From contig CAWFGO010000002.1 of the NCBI GenBank assembly GCA_963815455.1, positions 64,001 through 128,000 of the forward strand: DNA of 64,000 nt, given 5' to 3'. This document shows, in pieces, positions 10,623-18,844 of this stretch. The position numbers and the translations under genes are program-made. Each line of letters starts with the position of its first letter. Positions within the stretch are counted from its first letter, which is position 1. The notes under the pieces are model-generated. The model was not told the DNA's origin and did not search any database. It saw only the letters and a list, made by a program, of their open reading frames with translations. Source of the DNA: an uncultured Verrucomicrobiae bacterium. GTDB lineage: Bacteria; Verrucomicrobiota; Verrucomicrobiia; Chthoniobacterales; UBA10450.

Positions 10623-11555
10623 CTAATCGTTGCCCTGGTCCTGATTGTCGTCGTCGTGATGATGATGGTGCTTTCTCTTATTCTTCTTGTGCTTTCCGTG
10701 CTGGTCGTCCTCCGTATCGTTTGATGAAGATTCGTCCGCTTCTGCACTCGGGGCTGGCTTGGAAGGGCTAGGCGCTGGAGTGTGCATTTGAATGAAGCCG
10801 CCCGCTGTTCCGCTGCCAGACACTGGGGTAGTAGCCGGCTTGGGTGTCGGTTTGGGCACTTGAACCCCGTTAGGCACTGTCTGCCCGCTAACGTAGTCCT
10901 CTATTTTGCCGCTGGATTTAGGAAGACTGCCCGGCTTAAAAAAGCTCTCACTCTCGCACGTGACGGTTCTGCTGGCCAGCTCCTTGCCCGCGTAGTACTT
11001 TTTGCCGTCAACTTCAGTTACGACAACAGCGGCGGCGTTGGCACTGCGTCGACTGTGGTTTCCGCCGCCCGCGTCACTCACCTCCCTCAGAACAAAGCGA
11101 TAGCTCTCGCCCCGCCCGACCCGAAACTTACACCCCTTCGGAAAGTCTAGTATCGACGGCGGAAAGATTTTTTGGGGCCCGCCGTTCAAACTAAAATACA
11201 GCGCGACGTGGGGGTGTTTCTCTCCACCCCTCCAGTAGATCGTGGTCGTGCCCTTAGTTTGCCCACCGGGAATGGTAACGATGGGAGGACACATCAGGAC
11301 GAACGGAGGCTCAAACGGGCAATCGCGGACTTCGACCGGGCATCCCTCATCGTTGGCGTCGGGACTTGAGCCCGCGACGGTGACTGGAGGCAACGGGGCG
11401 CAAAGTGCGGCGAACAAGACGCATCCTTTTCCTGCAATCGAGAAGATTGCCGGCCAATAACTAGTTGTTTTCATATAATCGGTTCGCTGCTTCGCGTTTT
11501 TGTCGCCGCTTTGGGTCACCGGCGCTGATAGAATTGGGTGATGTTTTGTTTTCAT
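10623..11555 (-). CDS. Array unit C: secreted protein with Ig-like domain and His/Lys/Asp tail
   Basis: MKTKHHPILSAPVTQSGD leader, internal second start MKTTSYW, tail ADESSSNDTEDDQHGKHKKNKRKHHHHHDDDNQDQGND. Confidence 0.85.
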   Translation of the reverse strand: MKTKHHPILSAPVTQSGDKNAKQRTDYMKTTSYWPAIFSIAGKGCVLFAALCAPLPPVTVAGSSPDANDEGCPVEVRDCPFEPPFVLMCPPIVTIPGGQTKGTTTIYWRGGEKHPHVALYFSLNGGPQKIFPPSILDFPKGCKFRVGRGESYRFVLREVSDAGGGNHSRRSANAAAVVVTEVDGKKYYAGKELASRTVTCESESFFKPGSLPKSSGKIEDYVSGQTVPNGVQVPKPTPKPATTPVSGSGTAGGFIQMHTPAPSPSKPAPSAEADESSSNDTEDDQHGKHKKNKRKHHHHHDDDNQDQGND

Positions 11556-11680
11556 TGTTTTGGGTTCTGAGATTTTTCCCAGATTCAAGATGTCGATCTA
11601 ATCGTTGCCGCTATCATCATCGTTGTCGTAATGGTGAATGGGTGTTTTTCTTGTGCTTTGCCGCTGCCGGTTGCTTCGGC

Positions 11681-12208
11681 CTAGTCACGGCACTCCATCA
11701 AATCCGTGGTGGACCAGCGTACCTTCTTGTTAGGGCTTCTCTTTTCGTAACCCATGCCGCCTGTGATCTGCCCTCGTTTTTTGCCTTCACGTTGAATCTC
11801 GAATCGAGGCCTGATCGTTGCGTCATAAACGCCCGTAAGCCCATTACTCCAAGAAATCTCGAAATGGATTTTATCTGCCGAAACCCAACCCGCGACTTTA
11901 CCCTCACCTGCTGTGCTCCTCCAATCCGCGGTCAGATACTGTGCGGTCCCTGTAAAGCGGCCCCCCTGGAAAGATAATGACAACTGATTCCGTTGTACTT
12001 GGTTATCCTGCGTAAACTCAAAATAAGAGATGGACCATCCTTTGGGGCACTGGCCTTTCACTGGAGAAGATAAAAACAGGATAACTAAAAGTAAGGCACT
12101 AAGACCCACGACGGGACGCACTCGACGAATCGGACGAGTGCTTTCGATTGCCTGGCTAGAAGTTTTGGCTCCAGATGCTGGCAGAATTGAATGATGTTTT
12201 GTTTTCAT
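11681..12208 (-). CDS. Array unit B: secreted Cys-bounded beta-rich protein; tail remains only as a remnant after the stop
   Basis: MKTKHHSIL leader, VKG/QCPKGW...LMECRD; tail remnant at 11598-11680. Confidence 0.85.
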   Translation of the reverse strand: MKTKHHSILPASGAKTSSQAIESTRPIRRVRPVVGLSALLLVILFLSSPVKGQCPKGWSISYFEFTQDNQVQRNQLSLSFQGGRFTGTAQYLTADWRSTAGEGKVAGWVSADKIHFEISWSNGLTGVYDATIRPRFEIQREGKKRGQITGGMGYEKRSPNKKVRWSTTDLMECRD

Positions 12209-12250
12209 TGTTTTGGGTTCTGAGATTTTTCTCGGCTTGAAGATGTCGAT

Positions 12251-12850
12251 CTAATCGTTGCCCTGCTCCTGATCGTCGTCGTGATGATGATGCTTTTTCT
12301 TATTCTTTTTGTGCTTTTTGTGCCAATCCTGCGTGTCGTTGGATGAAGATTCGGACATTGAGCTAGCGCCGGTTTTTTGCGGATTTGCATCCGCGCACTT
12401 CATGCTCCTGCTGCTGACCCAGTACACTCCGCTGGCGTCCCTGGCGCCGATATAACCTTCGATTATGCCACTAGCGCCGATGGTGCCCGTATAGCGGCGT
12501 GGAAGCCCATCTACGGTGTATGCCATCGTGAAGGCATTGCCGGAGATGTTTCCACTTATTGCATGGCCGGCCGTCGTCCCCGTAAGATTCGCACTCGCCC
12601 CTTCCCATTTACCCTGCCGCAGGTTGAGTGAAGAAATTCCCCCATTGCTCGTCCGCATTTCCCATTGTCCGCTGACATCCCAACGCTTGCACTGCGCTTG
12701 CGCTGGAGAAGGCAATAAGGCGCAGACTGAGATGAGCAAGATTCCGAAAAGTCCCAGGGCAAATGACCTGCCAGGGACGGTATTGTTTAGTTTTTGGTCA
12801 ACGCCTTTGGCATCCGCCGCTGATAGAGTTGAATTGTATTTTGTTTTCAT
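12251..12850 (-). CDS. Array unit A (first gene): secreted Cys-bounded beta-rich protein with His/Lys/Asp tail
   Basis: MKTKYNSTLSA leader, AQA/QCKRWDVSGQW...SMKCAD, tail SSSNDTQDWHKKHKKNKKKHHHHDDDQEQGND. Confidence 0.88.
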   Translation of the reverse strand: MKTKYNSTLSAADAKGVDQKLNNTVPGRSFALGLFGILLISVCALLPSPAQAQCKRWDVSGQWEMRTSNGGISSLNLRQGKWEGASANLTGTTAGHAISGNISGNAFTMAYTVDGLPRRYTGTIGASGIIEGYIGARDASGVYWVSSRSMKCADANPQKTGASSMSESSSNDTQDWHKKHKKNKKKHHHHDDDQEQGND

Positions 12851-12890
12851 ATGCTTTGGGTTTTGAAACGGAATTGTCTTTAACCGTCAA

Positions 12891-12917
12891 CGCGCAGGCC
12901 GGTGGCAAATCACGCCA
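12891..12917 (-). promoter_or_regulatory. Putative ECF promoter for the array
   Basis: TGGCG-N18-CGCG, same spacing as TGTCC-N18-CGCG at 45689-45715. Confidence 0.5.
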
Positions 12918-13004
12918 TTTTTTTTGTTACTTTTTCCGCAACCGGTGTGTCATGATCGGGCCGCAGGCGCGGTAATCTGGATTTTCGCGCGCGAAATTAT
13001 CCCG

Positions 13005-13631
13005 GTGAAATCATCTGCCCTCGATTCTGGAGCCTCCGAACAGGAGGGCGAAACGGCAACGCCAAACAAAGGCGAGGTGACGCGATGGCTGATCGCCGGC
13101 AGCGCGGGCGATGCTCACGCGCTCGAGTCTTTGCTCCCGCTGGTCTATGAAGAGCTGCATCGCCAGGCCGTCAGCTTCTTTCGCCGGGAACGCGCGGGAC
13201 ACACGCTTCAACCGACGGCATTGGTGAACGAAGTTTATCTGCGCCTCATCAATCAGCACGAGGTGAGCTGGCAGAATCGCGCGCAATTTTTCGGGATCGC
13301 CGCGCAAATGATGCGGCGCATCCTGGTAAGTCACGCCCGCGGCCGGGATGCGAAAAAGCGGGGTGGCGCAGGCCAGCAGATTACCTTGCAGGAGGAAATG
13401 GCGGCCGCGCCCGAACGCGACCTGAATCTGCTCGCCCTCGACGATGCGCTGACCAGGCTGGAGACGGTTGATCCGGACAAAAGTCGAATGGTGGAGCTGC
13501 GTTTCTTTAGCGGATTGTCGGTGGAAGAGACGGCGGAAGTAATGGGAGTTTCGTCGCGGACGATTGACCGGCAATGGCAAACGGCAAAAGCATGGCTGCA
13601 CCGGGAAATGAGCGCGGGAAAAGCGGCGTGA
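13005..13631 (+). CDS. ECF sigma factor, TIGR02999/ECF43-like (kinase-associated)
   Basis: LLPLVYEELHRQA, HTLQPTALVNEVYLRL, VELRFFSGLS, TIDRQWQTAKAWL; stop overlaps the kinase start; exact start uncertain. Confidence 0.92.
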   Translation: MKSSALDSGASEQEGETATPNKGEVTRWLIAGSAGDAHALESLLPLVYEELHRQAVSFFRRERAGHTLQPTALVNEVYLRLINQHEVSWQNRAQFFGIAAQMMRRILVSHARGRDAKKRGGAGQQITLQEEMAAAPERDLNLLALDDALTRLETVDPDKSRMVELRFFSGLSVEETAEVMGVSSRTIDRQWQTAKAWLHREMSAGKAA

Positions 13632-16310
13632 CCTCAGAGAAGTGGAAGCAAGTCGAGGCGCTCTTCGAGCAGGCACTTGAAGTTCCGACTGCCGAACGGC
13701 CTCAATTTTTGCAAAGGATCGGTGACGACGAACTGCGTCGCGAGGTCGAGTCACTGCTTCAGGCCCACAATCAAGCCGGCGCTTTTATCGACGAACCGGA
13801 TCACTTCATTTCAACTGAAAGTCTGGAAGAAAATGGCGGTAGCTTTTTGCCCGGCGAGATCATCGATCGCTATCGCATTATCCGCGAGGTCGGGCGCGGC
13901 GGAATGGGCGCGGTTTTTCTGGCCGAGCGCGCCGACGATCAATATCAGAAACAGGTTGCGATCAAGCTGATCAAGCGCGGCACGGATACCGATTCTGTGC
14001 TGCGCCATTTTCGCAACGAGCGGCAGATTCTCGCCGGCTTCGATCATGCCAACATTGCCCGGCTCTTTGATGGCGGTACGACTGAGAGTGGTCTGCCCTA
14101 TTTCGTGATGGAGTACATCGAGGGACTTCCGATCGACGAGTACCTGCAACACACACGCGCTCTCGGTCGTTGAACGGTTGAAGCTCTTCCGCGAAGTCTG
14201 CGCCGCTGTTTCCTACGCCCATCGTCATCTTGTTATTCATCGGGACATCAAACGCTCAAATATTCTGATCACGGCGGACGGCGTGTCCAAGCTGCTCGAC
14301 TTCGGGATTGCAAAAATCCTTCAGCAAGGGGACCAGCCGCTGGCGACGATGACGGGGATGCGGCTGATGACGCCCGAGTGCGCCAGCCCGGAGCAGGTGC
14401 GAGGTCAGCCGGTGACTACGGCGAGTGATGTCTATTCGTTAGGCCTGGTGCTGTATGAATTACTCTGCGGCCGGGCGCCTTATCGATTCCCCAGTCAGAC
14501 ACCGCACGAAATCGCGCGCGTGATTACCGAGACCGAGCCGAAGAAGCCGAGCACGGCCTTCGCTCGAAGCGATGGAAGTTCACAAATTCCAAATCCCAAA
14601 ATATTGCGGGGCGATCTCGACAACATCGTGCTGATGGCGTTGCGCAAGGAGCCGGAGCGGCGCTACCAATCAGTAGAGCAATTCTCCGAAGATATCCGGC
14701 GGCACCTGGAAGCGCGGCCCGTTCACGCGCGCAAAGACACTTTCGGCTATCGCTCCGCCAAATTCGTGCGACGAAACAAGGCCGCGCTCGCCGCGGCCGC
14801 GCTCGTATTTCTTGTTCTGGTCGGCGGCATAGTTGCGACGAGCCGGCAGGCTCATATTGCCACGCGGGAAAAGACTCGCGCGGAGCGGCGCTTCAACGAC
14901 GTGCGCAAGCTGGCCAACAGCGTCTTGTTCGATTACCACGATGCGATCAAGGACTTGCCCGGCGCGACCAAGGTGCGGGAGCGATTGGTCAAGGATGGTT
15001 TGACTTACCTCGACAGTCTGGCCGGCGAAGCGCACGGCGACCCTGCCTTGCAGCGCGAGCTCGCCGCCGCTTACGAGAAAGTCGGCGACGTGCGCGGAGG
15101 AGAATCGAGCGGCAGCCTTGGCGACCTAGCTGGGGCGCTGGAGAGTTACACGAAGTCGCTCAGGATTCGCGAAGCCCTGGTAGCTCTGAATCCCAATGAC
15201 GCGCAGGCACGGCGCGGCCTCGCCAGCAGCCACCAAAAAATTGGCTACCGGCTGCTCGACACCGGCGAGGCGAGCAATGGCTTGGAGCATCTTCGGAAAG
15301 CTCTAACGCTTTACCTCGACCTGACGCGGGAACAGCCTGCCAATGACGACCTTCAGCTCGAGTTCGTCGATACCTACGACAAGCTTGGGCAAGCGATGAA
15401 AGTGCAGGGTGATCTCGTCGGCGCGCTTAAACAATATCGCGCAGCCTCGGCCATCTGCGAAGGGCCTGCCGCCCGCCATCCGCAAGACCAAAAGTACCGT
15501 CGCGCACTCTGGACCACCTACGAGCACACGGCGGATGTGCTGTATTTACAAGAAGCAGGCGCTGAAGCCCTCGCCGCCAACAGCAAAGCGCTCGCGCTGG
15601 GAGAAGCGTTGATCGCGGACGACCCCATCAACGCCGATTACCGCCGCGGCCTGGTGCTGAACTATAAGCGTGGTGGCGACTATCGCAGATGGACCGACCC
15701 GCGTGGCGCACTGGAGTACTTCCGCAGGGCGGTAGCACTCGACGAGGAGTTGCTCACGGCGGACCCGGCTAATGCGTTAACCCGTAAGGATCTTGGATAC
15801 TTGCACAAGAGGATAGCCGACTTCCTGGGGAATCTGCACGACGACTCTCAAGCTCTCTTGCACTTCCGTAAGGCGCTGGAGGCTTATCAACAGGTGGTCA
15901 CAGACGCCCCCACAGACTTGATCTCGCGATTCCTGGTCGCCACTTGTCGCGGTGGCGTGGCTCAGAGCCAGGCACGGCTGGGCGAGGTTGATCCTGCGCT
16001 GCAAGAATGTGGCAAAGCGATTGCCCTCCTCGGAGAGATTACTGAAGACGCGACAAACGCTCGTCAGCGGTTGAATAGAGCTCAGGCGTATGAAAATCTT
16101 GGCTCTGCCTACCTCGACGTGGCCACGTCCCCGAAAGCATCGACCAGCGAGACCACTCAGCGCATGAGCGCTGCTCGCGACATGTATCGGGAAAGCCTGA
16201 ATGTCCTCGATGACTTGCGTAGTCGCGGCATCTTGAACGCGGCCGACGAGGTTTGGGCGAAGGACATCGCTGGCCAGCTCGCCAAATGCGACACGGCTTT
16301 AGGCAAATAA
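13628..16310 (+). CDS. Membrane Hanks-type Ser/Thr kinase with extracytoplasmic TPR domain; +1 frameshift near 14144, probably an error
   Basis: GRGGMGAV, VAIK, HRDIK, DFG, SDVYSLG, one transmembrane helix, TPR-like helices; joins ORFs 13574-14173 and 14178-16310. Confidence 0.9.
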
Positions 16311-16425
16311 GCGCAGGCCAGTCATTTCGAGCTCTGCGTTCCGGTTTACTCCTGAGTATTCACGGTCTCGCGTAAAAGGCAGAAACGTCTTGTTTCGCCT
16401 TGAGCGCTTCGTTTCAATCGCTCGC

Positions 16426-18300
16426 ATGAAACCTCTCGCCTGCATCGTGTTGGTTGCGATTGTCGTCCTTTCCGTCGTCTTCGGAACCTTGGCCCAAACG
16501 CCGCCGCCGACCGCGCCGTCGCCATCGCCCTCTCCGGCACAACGTCCCACTGATTATGATCTTCGCTGGGGTGTAAGGATCCCGATGCGCGACAAAGTCG
16601 AGCTGAACGCGACGATTTATTTTCCGAAAGCGGCCGACCCGGCTTCGCCCGCAACGGGCTCCGCCGCGGCGAGCGGTTCACAGGCAAAGACGCCGGTAAT
16701 CTTTACCCTGACGCCGTATATTTCCGACAGTTACCACGCGCGCGCGGCTTATTTCGCTTCGCATGGTTATACCTTTGCCCTTGTCGATGTTCGCGGCCGC
16801 GGAAATTCCGACGGCGAGTTCGAGCCGTTTGCGCAGGAGCCGCGCGATGGTCACGACGTGGCGGAATGGCTGGCGCAGCAACCGTTTTGCGACGGCAAAG
16901 TCGCGATGTGGGGTGGTTCGTATGCCGGTTTCGATCAATGGGCGACCGCGAAAGAACTGCCGCCGCACCTGGCTACGATCGTGCCCGCCGCCGCCGCGCA
17001 TCCGCCGCTGGATTATCCGTCGTATCAAAACGTCGGCGAAACCTACGACATGCAATGGTACACCTTTACCAGCGGCCGGGCCGGACAATCGAATCTCTTT
17101 AGCGATTCAAAATTCTGGCGCACAAAATTTCTCGACGCCTATAAAAAACACATCGCCTTCAAGACTCTCGATTCGTTCGTCGGCAATCCGTCGGTCAATT
17201 TCCAGCGGATCCTGAAACATCCCACTGCTGATGCCTATTACGACGCGATGGTGCCGAGCGTTGAGCAATACAAGAAGATCACGCTGCCGATCTTGACCAT
17301 CACCGGCCAGTACGACGGCGATGAGCTGGGTGCGATGACCTTTTACCGAAATCATATCGCAAACGCGTCGCCTGAGGTTCGCGCGAAACATTTCCTCATC
17401 ATCGGTCCGTGGGACCATGCCGGAACGCGCACGCCGACCGATGAATCGGCTGGCGTGAAATTTGGCCCGGGCGCGATTGTCGATCTAAACGATCTACACC
17501 GGCAATGGTACGACTGGACGATGAAGAGCGGGAAGAAACCGGAGTTCCTGAAAGACCAGGTCGCGTATTACGTTCTCGCAGCAGGCAACAGTGGGGCGAA
17601 CGGCGAATGGAAATATGCCGACGATTATGCCGCGCTGATTGCGAAACCGAAGACGTTCTATCTCGATTCAAAGACCAGCGACGCCAATGGCGTTTTCCGA
17701 TCCGGCGAATTGACCGAAGCCCAACCCAAGGAGGGCACGGATCAATACGTTTACGATCCGCTCGACACCAGCCGCGGTGAAAACGTCGAGGGCGTCGAGC
17801 CAAACGACAAGACAGCCGGCCTTGATCAGCGATTCGCGCTCAGCATCGGCAAGGATGGGCTTGTTTATCATACCGAGCTGCTAAAAACCGAGACGCCAAT
17901 AATTGGATGCCCAAAGGTTGCCCTGTGGTTGTCGATCGACACGCCGGATACCGACATCGAAGTCGACCTGTACGAAATCCAGCCCGATGGGACGAGCATT
18001 GCCTTGTGGAGCGATGTGCGCCGTCTGCGTTACCGCGACTCATTACGCGAAGCAAAGCCGGTGAAGCCGGGTGAAATCGTGAAATGCGATTTCGATCCGG
18101 GCTTGTTCGTTGCCCGGCGATTAATGAAAGGAAGCCGGCTGCGCCTCGTCGTTGCATCACCGAACTCGATCTTTTGGCAAAAAAATTACAACTCGGGCGG
18201 AGTTGTGGCCGACGAAACGGCCAAAGATGCGAAGACCTGCCACGTGAAAGTCTTTCACGACGCGGCGCACGCCAGCGCGATCGATCTGCCGCTGCGCTAA
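16426..18300 (+). CDS. CocE/NonD family hydrolase (S15-like)
   Basis: IPMRDKVEL, DVRGRGNSDG, WGGSYAG nucleophile motif, GPWDH. Confidence 0.92.
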   Translation: MKPLACIVLVAIVVLSVVFGTLAQTPPPTAPSPSPSPAQRPTDYDLRWGVRIPMRDKVELNATIYFPKAADPASPATGSAAASGSQAKTPVIFTLTPYISDSYHARAAYFASHGYTFALVDVRGRGNSDGEFEPFAQEPRDGHDVAEWLAQQPFCDGKVAMWGGSYAGFDQWATAKELPPHLATIVPAAAAHPPLDYPSYQNVGETYDMQWYTFTSGRAGQSNLFSDSKFWRTKFLDAYKKHIAFKTLDSFVGNPSVNFQRILKHPTADAYYDAMVPSVEQYKKITLPILTITGQYDGDELGAMTFYRNHIANASPEVRAKHFLIIGPWDHAGTRTPTDESAGVKFGPGAIVDLNDLHRQWYDWTMKSGKKPEFLKDQVAYYVLAAGNSGANGEWKYADDYAALIAKPKTFYLDSKTSDANGVFRSGELTEAQPKEGTDQYVYDPLDTSRGENVEGVEPNDKTAGLDQRFALSIGKDGLVYHTELLKTETPIIGCPKVALWLSIDTPDTDIEVDLYEIQPDGTSIALWSDVRRLRYRDSLREAKPVKPGEIVKCDFDPGLFVARRLMKGSRLRLVVASPNSIFWQKNYNSGGVVADETAKDAKTCHVKVFHDAAHASAIDLPLR

Positions 18301-18330
18301 GTGATCGTTAGCGCACCGCCCTTCTTCTCC

Positions 18331-18450
18331 GTCATTCTGAGCCCCGAACGCCTTCGGGGTCGAAGGATCCCGTTGCGCCAGCTTTAAGGTGCCAACCCGG
18401 GATCCCTCGACGGAGCCTGTCCTGAGCGAAGTCGAAGGGCTCGGGAAGAC
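18331..18450. repeat. GTCAT...ATGAC-family REP/MITE-like element with nested CCCCGAA..TTCGGGG hairpin
   Basis: gtcattctgagc...gctcgggaagac terminal inverted repeats; family also at about 22918-22980, 36824-36916, 37655-37786, 40963-41090, 53207-53333, 53799-53901, 58756-58836. Confidence 0.8.
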
Positions 18451-18456
18451 AGGCGA

Positions 18457-18822
18457 TTGACAACCCTGTTCGCCTCCGGCAAACAAGCCCGTTTGTCGCA
18501 ATTGCTCGTTGCACTACTGATTGCGGTGGCCGTCGATGCCGGCGCGAAGTCGGCAGGTAGCGGGCGCGACAGCGATTCACTCGACAAGCTCTCCGATGAT
18601 TTCTGGGCCTGGCGGGCCAAATACGCGCCGTTTACCGGCGACGATGTGAACCGAATGGAGCGGCCCGGCGGTAAGCGTGATTGGTCGCGGGCCGGGAACG
18701 CGCGAACATGCCACGTGAAAATTTATCACGATGCGACGCACGCCAGTGCCATGCAGCTGCCGTTGCGCGGACGGTTACTTGTCGATCTTAAAGCAAGCAT
18801 AACTAGGCTCGTCATGTTCTGA
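18457..18822 (+). pseudogene. Chimeric remnant: DUF885 5' fragment fused to CocE 3' fragment
   Basis: 18574-18690 matches the N-terminus of the gene at 21249 (34/39 aa); 18697-18768 matches the CocE C-terminus (17/24 aa). Confidence 0.85.
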
Positions 18823-18844
18823 CGCGGTTGTTATCCTTCCCTAA

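Larger units (their letters stand above)
8888..12866 (-). repeat. Five junction repeats plus one leader-only copy linking the array genes
   Basis: Approximate minus-strand consensus GGCAACGATTAGATCGACATCTT..GAGAAAAATCTCAGAACCCAAAACA-ATGAAAACAAAACATCA at about 8888-8950, 9962-10045, 10566-10645, 11539-11609 and 12192-12265; leader only at 12838-12866. Confidence 0.9.

Noticed and set aside
8888..12866. Junction repeats as a CRISPR array or integron attC sites
   Set aside because: The spacers are whole 0.5-1 kb genes, the repeats overlap coding ends and lack RYYYAAC/GTTRRRY cores, and no cas or intI gene is in the window
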